From Victivallales bacterium (GTDB taxonomy: Bacteria > Verrucomicrobiota > Lentisphaeria > Victivallales > UBA1829), in NCBI GenBank assembly GCA_045114235.1, contig JBGUKB010000140.1, positions 1 to 57,659 of the forward strand: DNA of 57,659 nucleotides, given 5' to 3'. Below, piece by piece: positions 17,911 to 27,716 of this stretch (position 1 is the stretch's first letter; each line of letters opens with the position of its first letter). The position numbers and the translations under genes are program-made. The notes below the pieces were generated by a model. The model had not been told where the DNA came from. It saw nothing but the letters and a program-made list of their open reading frames with translations, and made no database searches.

Positions 17911-19991
17911 AAAGTCACCTTGTTGTAATGCTTGTTGTTGACATTATAAAGAAGTCCGACGATGCTTCTGACGTGGAACGACTTCAGGAACTGAAGGATT
18001 CGATAAATGCTCAATTTCGATGTCTGGGCATACTTCATCGGAATAATGGTCAGATCAGCATTGCGGGCGATTTCCGCAAACAGTTGACGGTGCAATTCGA
18101 AAGCGAAAAGGTCCCATACGATCAGAGACACGGATTTGTAGGCTGTCTTGACTCGTTGGATCTGATCTCCCGCCAGTGGTGAAATAAAGGAAAGATCGTC
18201 CAGCTTGAAGTAAACCGTATGATCTCTGCCCGGTTTCGGGGCATCATCCGTAAACTGGTAAAGATAATCGTTGATCAGGACCGGATTCTGCATTGCAGCC
18301 GCTTCGTCTTCAGTTATTGAGGATATTATGACATAGTTGCATCCCAAACGGATCTTCAGAGTTTCGCAGAATTCCTCTCTGGCTTTTTCATCCAGGTCAG
18401 ACCGCCTGTCCGGCGCAAATACGATCATCAGAGGATGATCCGGCGATAATTTGGAGAAATACTCTTCCCCGTTGTTAATCATTGTTTGGAGCGCACTGTA
18501 ATAATTGGCACGGTATGTCTGCTCGAGAACGGGAATCATTCCCAGCATTTTAATCCTGAGAGCCTGTTCGATATCAATGTTGGAGCGAACGGTCAAGTTG
18601 AAAAGCTCGCACCCGAGAATAATGGAAATGGCAACAAAAGTCCCCAGGACGAAACCGATTACGGCCCAGACGCCGCGTTTGCGTCCCAATGGGATTTTGG
18701 GAGCCTTCGCCAGCTCCTGAATGGAAATATCGGAATAGGAACGTTCCAAAAAGTTCTGAATCGTGGCTATTTGCATTTTTGTTTGATTGATCTGCTCCTT
18801 AAACTGGGCAATATCGGTTTCCATCTGGCGGGCGACCGGCTGGATCGAAGCGAGAAGCTCACGTCTTGCCCGCAACTGGATCGCGGTTTCATTACTGAGC
18901 TTGATGTCATTGGTCAAGGTCGTTATTTCAGCCCTTTGTCTCGCTATGGAAACCTGAAGCTGAGTATAAGTCGGATTGCGGGAAACGACAACTCTTCTGT
19001 CTGCATCGCTTTCCGTTGATTCCTCTTCCTGTTTCGCTTTTTCGAGAGCAGCCTCCATTCTCCTGACAAGGTCACGCTGCTGAATCAGGAGAGGATTGCT
19101 CTTTGCATAAATCTGTTCATAGGATGCCAGTGTGGATTTCGCTTTCGAAAGCTCGTCATCCGCAACCGTGCTTTTTTCTCTTGACGTAACGACTTCCTCC
19201 GGCGTACTGGCCAGTTCTCCCTGAAGTTCATACAATGCCTGCTTCGCCGACTCCAGTGTGGAAGAGGCGCGCGTAAGCTGATCTTCAACCTGAAGCAAGC
19301 GCTGGTTATTGAATGCAATGTCGTTTTCGATCATCGTCAGGTTGTTCTCCGCATTTAATGTTTTCAGCTTGTCTCCCTTGTCGGCAAGCTGTTTCTCCAG
19401 CTCGTTCAGAATCCGGACGTAACTGTCGTTCAAATCCTCCAGATTCTTCCGGATCAGTTTTTTGTATTCCTCAATAAAGACATCCGAAAGCGTGTTGGCC
19501 AAAGCGGCGGCGATCGTCGGATCCTTGGATGAAGCGGATACGAAATAGTAGTCGGAGTTTTTTTCCGAGCTCACCTCAATGTTATTAAAGAGTTGCTCCG
19601 CGGAATACGGCAGACTCAGGCGTTTTACCGTCTCTTCCAAAACCCCGCGGCTTTTGAAAAGGTTCATGATAATGGATTTCTGGATATTCACATATCCGGG
19701 CGGAAGGACTCCGCCTTTGGATTCCTTCAGCTCCTGGCGGATCAATCCGCAGTTTGCCACATAGACATTCGTAGTGGTCAAGGTCCGGACAAAGAACATA
19801 ATGACTGCGAACAAGAGGGGAAATATCAGGAAAAGCCACCAGAGTTTCTGAACCGCGCCGATCCAGCACCAGATATCCCGCGTGAAAAGGCGGGTAAACC
19901 GGATAATCGCAGGTTCGATCACTTCCTGTTCCGGAACGAGGCTGCTCTTCTGCATCGGGGCTGTTTGACCGCCGTTGTCTGATAAAATCAT
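17907..19991 (-). CDS. Wzc/GumC-like polysaccharide co-polymerase with degenerate kinase-like C-terminus
   Basis: Two TMs flanking a long coiled coil; DIEQALRIKMLGMIP linker; no GxGKS/T Walker A. Confidence 0.85.
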   Translation of the reverse strand: MILSDNGGQTAPMQKSSLVPEQEVIEPAIIRFTRLFTRDIWCWIGAVQKLWWLFLIFPLLFAVIMFFVRTLTTTNVYVANCGLIRQELKESKGGVLPPGYVNIQKSIIMNLFKSRGVLEETVKRLSLPYSAEQLFNNIEVSSEKNSDYYFVSASSKDPTIAAALANTLSDVFIEEYKKLIRKNLEDLNDSYVRILNELEKQLADKGDKLKTLNAENNLTMIENDIAFNNQRLLQVEDQLTRASSTLESAKQALYELQGELASTPEEVVTSREKSTVADDELSKAKSTLASYEQIYAKSNPLLIQQRDLVRRMEAALEKAKQEEESTESDADRRVVVSRNPTYTQLQVSIARQRAEITTLTNDIKLSNETAIQLRARRELLASIQPVARQMETDIAQFKEQINQTKMQIATIQNFLERSYSDISIQELAKAPKIPLGRKRGVWAVIGFVLGTFVAISIILGCELFNLTVRSNIDIEQALRIKMLGMIPVLEQTYRANYYSALQTMINNGEEYFSKLSPDHPLMIVFAPDRRSDLDEKAREEFCETLKIRLGCNYVIISSITEDEAAAMQNPVLINDYLYQFTDDAPKPGRDHTVYFKLDDLSFISPLAGDQIQRVKTAYKSVSLIVWDLFAFELHRQLFAEIARNADLTIIPMKYAQTSKLSIYRILQFLKSFHVRSIVGLLYNVNNKHYNKVTL

Positions 19992-21406
19992 TCGACTGCT
20001 CCTCTCTGCTGCAGTGACGGATTCGCCGGCTTCAGATTGCGCAGCAGAATCCCTGTCAGGACCTTAATGTTGAACCAGCAGTTTCCGGCATACCCGTAAT
20101 ACTGCTCGTCAAATTCACGTTGATACGGCTCTTTTTCATGCCCCAGATACTCGCTGTATGAAAAAATGCCGGGTGCATAGCCGGATAAACTCCGGATAAA
20201 ACGTTCATTCTGTTCCGTCGCCTCGAATATGCGGTTTCCGACCAGCCGGATCTTCCCTGCCGCCGCATACGGCAGCAGATGATATTTGTTCAGGGTCAGC
20301 CTGCGGAAAAGCCGTCCGGCGAAACTCTCACGGGGCAGCGCATATCCGTTCAATGCCATCGTGCGGCTCCATCCGCCGCTCATGACGCATTCCGCCAGCG
20401 TGGTGTGGATTTCAAGGAACGGCCTAAGCAGGACATAGGGCAGCGTCTGAAGCAGAAGAAGCACACACGCCAGCACACGCTGATAAAGCGGATATCGGAG
20501 AGACTCGTCCGCTTCCATGCCGGAAAGAACGGACTCATTGATGGCATCGACTTTCGCTCCGGATTCAGGGTCGATCAGATGATTCCCGCTGCAGATCTTC
20601 CCTGCGATCTCGAGATCCCGGCCGACATACGTATTGCCGAGGATGATCGAATCCCGGATCGTCGTTCCGTTGTCTATCACGCAGTTGTCCCCTACGATGA
20701 TGTTCGGTCCGGCATGAACTCCGCGCCCGAACTGGATCCAGTTCCCGAGGATGACCGGCTGCCTGACGCGGGCGGATCCGGGAATCCGGACATCCCGCCC
20801 GACGAAGCTGTTTTTCCCCTCGCTGAATCCGGGCAGATTGTATTTCTCAATGTCGCTTCCGGCCAGTCGCATGTTGTGCTGGTAATAATCGCGGATATTC
20901 TGAACGGCGGAACCGTTCACCGGGGCATCATCGTGGAATCCGCTCCAGTCATCCGGCAGGTCCTGCAATCTGCCCCGCCCGATCAGATACCAGGCCGCGG
21001 AGCCGTATGTACAACCCTTCATCCCGTCAGCGCCGATATTCAGCTCGTGCGGGTTCCGCTTGTCGTACACCGGCAGGAACAGCCCGGAAAAGACCAGAAG
21101 ATCGCACCCCCGGCAGAAGGCCATGTTCTGTCGAATGACCTGTTTCAGGGAAAGAGCTGACCTCACACCCTCAAAAGAAATGCTCATGCCGAGCACTTCG
21201 CTGTTCCGGAACCGTGCTCTCATGACCTCGGAATCATCTTCGGAAACGATCCTGATCTCGCGGATCCCGCTTAAAAAACAGTAATCCAGCATAAACTCGA
21301 TCGCGGGCTTGTTCGCGAACGGAAGAAGATAAACCGGATAATCCGGGAAATACCGCGTCAGCTCCGAATCACTCTGAACAGGGCAGAACAAAAGGGCCTT
21401 CATCAT
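19988..21406 (-). CDS. NDP-sugar synthase-like / left-handed beta-helix / sugar-transferase-like fusion (degenerate)
   Basis: LLPFANKP, hexapeptide repeats (VILGNWIQFGRGVHAGPNIIVGDNCVID), C-terminal GKIRLVGNR...APGIF. Confidence 0.8.
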   Translation of the reverse strand: MMKALLFCPVQSDSELTRYFPDYPVYLLPFANKPAIEFMLDYCFLSGIREIRIVSEDDSEVMRARFRNSEVLGMSISFEGVRSALSLKQVIRQNMAFCRGCDLLVFSGLFLPVYDKRNPHELNIGADGMKGCTYGSAAWYLIGRGRLQDLPDDWSGFHDDAPVNGSAVQNIRDYYQHNMRLAGSDIEKYNLPGFSEGKNSFVGRDVRIPGSARVRQPVILGNWIQFGRGVHAGPNIIVGDNCVIDNGTTIRDSIILGNTYVGRDLEIAGKICSGNHLIDPESGAKVDAINESVLSGMEADESLRYPLYQRVLACVLLLLQTLPYVLLRPFLEIHTTLAECVMSGGWSRTMALNGYALPRESFAGRLFRRLTLNKYHLLPYAAAGKIRLVGNRIFEATEQNERFIRSLSGYAPGIFSYSEYLGHEKEPYQREFDEQYYGYAGNCWFNIKVLTGILLRNLKPANPSLQQRGAVE

Positions 21407-21407
21407 C

Positions 21408-22208
21408 TCAGTACGCCCCCTTCCCCGTCAGAACTGCGGGAATCGTCTTGAACAGGATCAGGACGTCTTTCCATAACCCCTGTCCCCGGATGTATTCCTT
21501 GTCGAGCACGACCTGCTCCCGGAACGGAATATCGCTGCGGCCGGAAATCTGCCAGATACATGTGATCCCCGGCAGGACATCCAGGCGTTTCCGGTCGTCG
21601 AGCGAATACTGCGCGACCTCGGACGGAAGCGGCGGGCGCGGCCCGACCAGGCTCATGTCTCCGATCAGGACATTGAAGAACTGCGGGGCCTCGTCGATGC
21701 TGTATTTCCGGATGAACCGGCCGCACCTCGTAATGCGCGGATCATTTTTCATTTTGAAAATCACGCCGTCCCTGGATTCATTCGTTTTCTCCAGAGCGGC
21801 ACGCCGGGCCTCGGAGTCGATATACATGGACCGGAATTTGTAGAAATAAAACGGGTGTCCGTGAAGCCCGATCCGCACCTGACGGTAAAAGAGCGGGCCG
21901 GGCGAATCAAGCTTAAGCCAGACGGCAATGACCAGAAAAAGCGGAAGAAGAAAAATAATCGCAGACAAACTGCCGCAAACGTCCAACCAGCGCTTGAACA
22001 CTCGGTCGCCGTTCAACAAGAGGCTGTGAACACGTTTTTTGAGGTTAGTTCGAAGCTTGGCGTGAATCGTGGCGTGGGAAGAAAGCGCGCCCGACAAAAG
22101 GGCAAGCTCGTCCCCTCCCGATACCTTCTCTGAGCCGGACACACGAAAATCCTTCCCGGGATCAAGCATCTTTTCCCGTTCCGCTGTCTTCGAGCCGTTC
22201 AGCCCCAT
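21408..22208 (-). CDS. Priming phosphoglycosyl transferase (Bac_transf)
   Basis: KRWLD, YKFRSM, DPRITRCG, SIDEAPQFFNVLIGDMSLVGPRP, PGITCIWQISGR. Confidence 0.96.
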   Translation of the reverse strand: MGLNGSKTAEREKMLDPGKDFRVSGSEKVSGGDELALLSGALSSHATIHAKLRTNLKKRVHSLLLNGDRVFKRWLDVCGSLSAIIFLLPLFLVIAVWLKLDSPGPLFYRQVRIGLHGHPFYFYKFRSMYIDSEARRAALEKTNESRDGVIFKMKNDPRITRCGRFIRKYSIDEAPQFFNVLIGDMSLVGPRPPLPSEVAQYSLDDRKRLDVLPGITCIWQISGRSDIPFREQVVLDKEYIRGQGLWKDVLILFKTIPAVLTGKGAY

Positions 22209-22263
22209 TCCTGCACCTCTGCCTGTTTATCCGCCGTCTCCGTGTACGAAAACATTCGGACGA

Positions 22264-22602
22264 TTACGCCTCGCGGGCGGCTTTGATCGCCTCGTCCAGC
22301 TCGTCGTAAATATCGAAAATACGATACGCTTTCGTAATGTCGAAGATCATTCTCGCTCGCTGCGTCAGATTTGCCAGCTTTACGACGCCGTTAAACTCCG
22401 TGCAGCTTTTCAGGCAGAACACCAGCGTTCCGAGCCCCGTGCTGTCCAGGTTCTCCATCTCGGACAGGTCGAACACGAATTTCCGCTGGGTGGCAAACAA
22501 TTCAAGAAATTTGGACCGCAGTGTTTCCGCATTTTCCGCGGAGAGATGCCCTTTGATCTGAATGACCTCGATTCCATCGTTTTCGAAATTGGAAATTTCC
22601 AT
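22264..22602 (-). CDS. STAS-domain anti-sigma factor antagonist
   Basis: FDLSEMENLDSTGLGTLV retains the phosphorylatable Ser. Confidence 0.93.
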   Translation of the reverse strand: MEISNFENDGIEVIQIKGHLSAENAETLRSKFLELFATQRKFVFDLSEMENLDSTGLGTLVFCLKSCTEFNGVVKLANLTQRARMIFDITKAYRIFDIYDELDEAIKAAREA

Positions 22603-22907
22603 GTGTTTTTCTCTCTGGTTCTTTGTTCAGAAATATGACGTGCGCGTTATGATTTCATTAGTACCATACATCACATTTACAAAAAATCAACTGTTTTTTT
22701 TCGTTCTGAACCATTTTTTTCTTTTTTTTTGCTCTTTTCTTCTTTTTTCGCCGTTCTTTTTTTCAAAGAACCGGATATAATACTATGTTTTATCCAGTTA
22801 AACATCTATTGAAAAAACATGTTTTCAAAAAAATATTAACTCGTTTACAATGAGTTACGCATTCTCCGAAAAGGTTTCAAACAAAAAAGGACAATGTCAA
22901 GATACAA

Positions 22908-22938
22908 AAACGGATCCTCCCCTTTTATTCATCCGTTT
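22908..22938 (-). terminator. Probable intrinsic terminator of the M16 peptidase unit
   Basis: AAACGGAT...ATCCGTTT hairpin followed by T run on minus strand. Confidence 0.45.
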
Positions 22939-22978
22939 ATAGAAAAAAGCTGGGGCGCGCAACAAAACAAAAAGGGAC

Positions 22979-23590
22979 TCAGTATCCGGCAGAATGAAGC
23001 GCCTCATCGAGCTGTTCCAGAAATCCCTGCACCGCCTCGATCGTGCTGCCGATGACTTCCTCTTCCTCGGGCGTTTTGAGCATGCGCTGAAGCTGTCCGG
23101 TCTGAAGGAAATCCAGCTGGGCACGATATTCTTTCTCAAAACTCTCGCGCTCCTTTTCCAGCTCCTCGGGCGACATGTTATCAATGGATGTCACACTGAG
23201 GTCGGCGATCAGACGGATCAGCTCTTTTCCACCCTCGCATTCCTCGATCACTTCCTGTCGCTCCTCGTCCGTGCCGCGGAATTTCCGGACCATCTCTTCG
23301 ACCTCGTTCCGCATTTCCCCGACGTCGAACTTGGATTGTTCGCGGTCGGACGACGTTTGCGCCGTGTGGACGGAAGGCGTTTTCGACGAGCGGGAACCGG
23401 AGGACGCGGGGGCAGTCCTGACGGAGACTTCCGTTTCCAGCCCGTCTTCCTGCTCGAGCTCATCTTCGGCAAGTTCCATGCCGTCGGGATCGCTCCCGCG
23501 GTCCCTCAAGTGCGGCACGAGAATGAGCGTGGCGGCGCAGAGGACCGCCGCCACGGCGATGATGACGCTGGCTTTGAAAATCGGATTCAT
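22979..23590 (-). CDS. Hypothetical protein, N-terminal TM and acidic helical domain
   Basis: Host-like codon usage; directly downstream of the M16 gene. Confidence 0.75.
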   Translation of the reverse strand: MNPIFKASVIIAVAAVLCAATLILVPHLRDRGSDPDGMELAEDELEQEDGLETEVSVRTAPASSGSRSSKTPSVHTAQTSSDREQSKFDVGEMRNEVEEMVRKFRGTDEERQEVIEECEGGKELIRLIADLSVTSIDNMSPEELEKERESFEKEYRAQLDFLQTGQLQRMLKTPEEEEVIGSTIEAVQGFLEQLDEALHSAGY

Positions 23591-23606
23591 AGTCGGGAAA
23601 CCGTGG

Positions 23607-26561
23607 TCAGTCGTTCGGGAAGAGTTCGTCCAGGTTCAGGATGCGGACTTTGCCGTACTTCTTGAGGCCGTCCTGGTCGATCTGCTTCAGGTCGGCGAGG
23701 ATCAGGATGATGTTCTTCTTTCCGGCGACGCGCGTCTTCGCCTCGTCCAGATACTGTTCCAAGCTCATTTTGAGCAACCCCTCGTAGGCGGTCTTCCGCG
23801 ACTCCTCCTTCAGGCCGAACTTCTTCATCGTGCGGCGGACGCCGTAGCAGTCTTCCTTCCGGACGCGGACATTGCGGTACTGCGACAGCAGGTTCTGGCG
23901 CGAGGACTCGAACGCCACGGCGGCGCCGGTCTCCGGGTCGTTCAGCAGCGCGAGCACGCCGTCGAGCGAGGTGTAGAACTTGTCGTGCTGGGTGCCGATC
24001 GCGCCGTAGGACATGGAGTAGCCGTTCGGATCGCGTCCGGGGTTGGAATACCCTGCGCCGACCGAATACGCCAGCGCCTGGCGCTCGCGAAGCTCGTTCA
24101 TGAACGTACGGGATTCGAGCGTGGAGTAGATGTCCTCGAAATCGTACGGCTTTTCCTTGTATTTCCCGTCGAGACGGATGACCTCGATCTCGGCCTGCGC
24201 AGCGCCGGGATAATCCACCACGTAGACCATATCCTCTTTCGGTTCGACCGCCTGGAAGAACTGTGTCTTCGGGAACGTGCCGGGCGCGCCGTTTTTGTCG
24301 ATGACGTCCGCCAGGAGTTCCTTGACATCCTTGTCGTCGACGGGGCCGTAATACACCACGTCGTGCGTGAAACCGCGCAGGCCGTGGACGCGTTCGATCA
24401 GCTTTTCCGGGTCGATCTCGCGCATTTTCTTCACCGGCAGAATGTCGGCGGAATAGTTCTCCGGGCCGCCGTAGATCGCGTACCCGGCGGCGGCGGAAAG
24501 CCGCGAACTGCGGCTCGACCTGCGGTCGGCACGGCTCTTCTCGACGGCGTCGACCAGCGTCTTGTACGATTCCGCATCGGCCTTCACGTTGGAGATCACA
24601 TGGTTGAAGAGCGCGAGGGATTCCTTGAAATTGCGCTGGAGGCCGCTTAACGTGAGGCCGCAGCGGTCGGTCTCCACGAACGTGCCCATGCGGGCGGCGA
24701 GCTTGAACCATTCCTGGCGGAGCTCCTCGGCAGTGTACTTGTCCGTGCCGAGCTCGTCGATCCAGCCGAGCGCGAGGGCGAGTTCCTTGTCCATGCGCGT
24801 GCCGACGGGGAACTGCAGCGAGAGCGAGAAGCGTTCGTTGATGTCGTTTTTGGAAGTGAAGAGGGTGATCCCGTCCGCCAGCGGTGTGATGTGCAGGTCT
24901 TTTTCGAGGTCGACGTAGACCGGGCCGATCTCGGGCTCGACGGGCAGGAGCTCGAAATTGCGTCCGAACTCGGAAAGCTCCTCATGGACGGGCACGGGCG
25001 TGATCGGGGGCTTCACCGCCTTCACGATGTCTTTCGCCTCGCCCTGGCGCTTGTAGACGATCACGTAGTTGTCGCGGTAATGTTTCTTCGCGAACTCGGT
25101 GATCTGCTCCTTCGTGATCTTCTCCATCGCGTCGATGTCGTTCAGCTGGTCGACCAGCGGACGCCCCTCGATGAACGCGTCGTTCAGCACGTGCGCGGCG
25201 GTGGAGGCGTCCTCGGAGATCGTGATGAGCGACATGCGCTGGTTGTTCACGATCGCGCCGGGCAGCCAGTCCGGGAACTCGCCGCGTTTGAGCTTTTCGA
25301 GTTCGCCGAGGATCAGGTCGCGCGTTTCTTCGAGCGTCTTGCCCTGCGCCGGTTCCGCCGCGAAAACATGCAGCAGGTAGTCGCGCATGGCGTGGACGCC
25401 GCTGGATTCGGACATCACCTTGCGCGGCAGCTCCAGGTTCAGCTCCATGATCCCGCACAGGTTGTTGTTCAGGATGCTGTTCACCATCTCCAGCATGACT
25501 TCCGTCTCGCGGTCCGCCTCGAACCGGAACGCCATCTGAAGGCTTTCGGCGTCGGGCCCGAAGACTTCCGCGGTGCGGACAGATTCGATGGGCTGTTCGC
25601 GGCGGATGCGCCCGCTTTCGCCGAGCGTCTTGCGGGCGGCGAGCTGTTTGTCGGTGTCGGTGCGGAACACGCCGAAATACTTGCGGACGGAGCGCATTGC
25701 CTCTTCGTAGTTCAGGTCGCCTGCCAGGATGATCGCCATGTTCGCAGGCTGGTAATACTCGAAGAAGAAGAGCGAAATATCGCTCATGGACGGGCTCTTC
25801 AGGTGTTCCGGCAGCCCGAGGATGTCGCGGCCGTAGGGATGCGTCAGGAAGAGCTGTTTGCGGAGCTCGGCGGAAGCGCGTCGTCCGTCGTTGTTCTGGG
25901 AACGGTTGAACTCCTCGTAGACGGCTTCGAGCTCGGTGTGGAACCTGCGGAGCGCAATGGAGGAGAACCGGACGGATTCGAGGTAGAGGTACTTGTCGAG
26001 CGCGTTGGACGGGATGTTGTTGATGTAGACGGTCTCGTCGTATCCGGTCCAGGCGTTGGTGTCGGTCGCGCCGAGCCCGCGCACGAGCGTCCAGTATTCA
26101 TCGTTGGAATACTTGGCGGCCTCGCCGGAAACTTTGTCGATCTCCTGATAGAGGGCCGCGCGCTTGTCGGGGTCGGTTTCCTTGCGGTACCGGTCGAACA
26201 GCTCCGCGAGCTTGTCCAGCAGCGGAGCCTCCTTTTCCCAGTCCAGCGACGCCAGTACGCCGTTGCCCTTGAACATCATGTGCTCGAAGTAGTGCGCGAG
26301 TCCGGTCGAGGCTTCCGGGTCGTCGGCTCCGCCCGTGCGCACGGAAATGAGCGAGGTGATGCGCGGCTCGAGGGTGTTGCGGGAGAGGAACACCTTCAGG
26401 CCGTTCTCCAGTACGTAGGTGCGCGTGGAGAACGGATCGTCGGGGATGTATTCGTAGGCGAATCCGTCCTTGTCGACGGCCTGTCTGGTCTCCCAGGCTC
26501 CGCAGAGGAACGGCAGGGCAGTCAGCAAAAAGAACAGCAGACAGCAAATAAATTTGCGCAT
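23607..26561 (-). CDS. Secreted M16 (insulinase) family zinc peptidase
   Basis: GLAHYFEHMMFKG (HxxEH), TNAWT, YEE, ELRERQALAYS; signal peptide. Confidence 0.95.
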   Translation of the reverse strand: MRKFICCLLFFLLTALPFLCGAWETRQAVDKDGFAYEYIPDDPFSTRTYVLENGLKVFLSRNTLEPRITSLISVRTGGADDPEASTGLAHYFEHMMFKGNGVLASLDWEKEAPLLDKLAELFDRYRKETDPDKRAALYQEIDKVSGEAAKYSNDEYWTLVRGLGATDTNAWTGYDETVYINNIPSNALDKYLYLESVRFSSIALRRFHTELEAVYEEFNRSQNNDGRRASAELRKQLFLTHPYGRDILGLPEHLKSPSMSDISLFFFEYYQPANMAIILAGDLNYEEAMRSVRKYFGVFRTDTDKQLAARKTLGESGRIRREQPIESVRTAEVFGPDAESLQMAFRFEADRETEVMLEMVNSILNNNLCGIMELNLELPRKVMSESSGVHAMRDYLLHVFAAEPAQGKTLEETRDLILGELEKLKRGEFPDWLPGAIVNNQRMSLITISEDASTAAHVLNDAFIEGRPLVDQLNDIDAMEKITKEQITEFAKKHYRDNYVIVYKRQGEAKDIVKAVKPPITPVPVHEELSEFGRNFELLPVEPEIGPVYVDLEKDLHITPLADGITLFTSKNDINERFSLSLQFPVGTRMDKELALALGWIDELGTDKYTAEELRQEWFKLAARMGTFVETDRCGLTLSGLQRNFKESLALFNHVISNVKADAESYKTLVDAVEKSRADRRSSRSSRLSAAAGYAIYGGPENYSADILPVKKMREIDPEKLIERVHGLRGFTHDVVYYGPVDDKDVKELLADVIDKNGAPGTFPKTQFFQAVEPKEDMVYVVDYPGAAQAEIEVIRLDGKYKEKPYDFEDIYSTLESRTFMNELRERQALAYSVGAGYSNPGRDPNGYSMSYGAIGTQHDKFYTSLDGVLALLNDPETGAAVAFESSRQNLLSQYRNVRVRKEDCYGVRRTMKKFGLKEESRKTAYEGLLKMSLEQYLDEAKTRVAGKKNIILILADLKQIDQDGLKKYGKVRILNLDELFPND

Positions 26562-26628
26562 GAGCGTTTTCCTTTCTTCCCCGCCGTCCCTTCAGCGGAC
26601 AGACGGATTCAATTTTGAATGTCCAGGA

Positions 26629-27492
26629 TCAGTTGCCCTGCGGCTGGGCTTCGGCGGCATCGTCTTTCTTTCCGCCGAAGAGGCCCCTGATGGCGTTGCC
26701 CGCGGCATTCGCGGCGTCGTTCACGGCGGTATTGGCGGCGTCGACGGCGGCGCTGGTCGCGCCCGCGACGGCTGCACTGGTGGCATCTCCGATCGCGGAA
26801 GCCGCGTCGCCGACGGAACCGCCGGCGGTCTTGATGGCGGTGGTCACGATGGCGCCGAGGATGCGGAGCGTGAGTCCGACGGGCGTGATGCCTTCTTCAT
26901 CCGTGCCGAGGTTGGTCAGCGGGTCGATGGTGACCTTGATCGGGAGGCCGGTGGCGGCGCCCTTGGCCTGGACCGTGACGCCGACGTTGCTGAGCTCGAT
27001 GACGTCGACCTGGAGCGTCTTCTCCTTGTCTTCCTCGCCCTTGGCCTCTTCTTCCTGATGCTCCTTCTTCTCGGCGGTGTCGAGCTTCTTCACGTTGTCG
27101 AGAATCTCCTGCAGGTTGCTGTTGATCACGTTCGTTTCATACACGACGTCGACTTCCTTCAGGAACATCTCTTCGATGCGGATCTTGTGATTGAGGACGG
27201 TATTGATGTCGACGTCGGCGATGATGTCGCCGAGCTTGATCGCGTACGGCGAGGAGTAAGTCCCCTGCGGATTGTCGACGATCAGGTTCGTGATCTCCAC
27301 GCGGCCCTGGAACGGCGCGATATGGATGCGCTCCACGGAGACGTTGGTGCCGAGCACCAGCGGCGCGCCCTTTTCCAGCGCGTTCTTCGCGAGCGTGTCG
27401 ATGAACACGAGAGCGGCGACGACGAGCGCGACGAGCACGACGAGCACGATAAGGACGATCTTGAAAATCAGACCGGATTTGCTTTTAGCCAT
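26629..27492 (-). CDS. AsmA-family-like membrane-anchored protein
   Basis: N-terminal TM; LGTNVSV...GRVEITNLIVDNPQG; SNLQEIL; Ala-rich tail ending GLFG. Confidence 0.7.
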   Translation of the reverse strand: MAKSKSGLIFKIVLIVLVVLVALVVAALVFIDTLAKNALEKGAPLVLGTNVSVERIHIAPFQGRVEITNLIVDNPQGTYSSPYAIKLGDIIADVDINTVLNHKIRIEEMFLKEVDVVYETNVINSNLQEILDNVKKLDTAEKKEHQEEEAKGEEDKEKTLQVDVIELSNVGVTVQAKGAATGLPIKVTIDPLTNLGTDEEGITPVGLTLRILGAIVTTAIKTAGGSVGDAASAIGDATSAAVAGATSAAVDAANTAVNDAANAAGNAIRGLFGGKKDDAAEAQPQGN

Positions 27493-27584
27493 GACGGGTT
27501 CTCCTTCTGGTTGGGTACGGCGGAACAGTCATGTTCCGGCCGGTATGAAAGGGTTGAAATGAAATTGACTGTGTTGCGAAGAAT

Positions 27585-27612
27585 AATATAGCAGACAAAA
27601 AGAGAATGTCAA
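27585..27612 (-). promoter_or_regulatory. Sigma70-type promoter for the AsmA-like gene
   Basis: TTGACA-16nt-TATATT with extended -10 TG. Confidence 0.65.
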
Positions 27613-27624
27613 AATTTAAAATAC

Positions 27625-27662
27625 AAAAACCGCTCCGGGACGCTTGCTTGCGTCCGAAGCGG
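27625..27662 (-). terminator. Intrinsic terminator after rpmB
   Basis: GC-rich hairpin CCGCT..GGACGC/GCGTCC..AGCGG followed by T5 on minus strand. Confidence 0.65.
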
Positions 27663-27716
27663 CTTTCAGTGTTGCGATTCAGGCAAAGGCCATGAAGCGC
27701 CGGGAAAAGAGATCCC

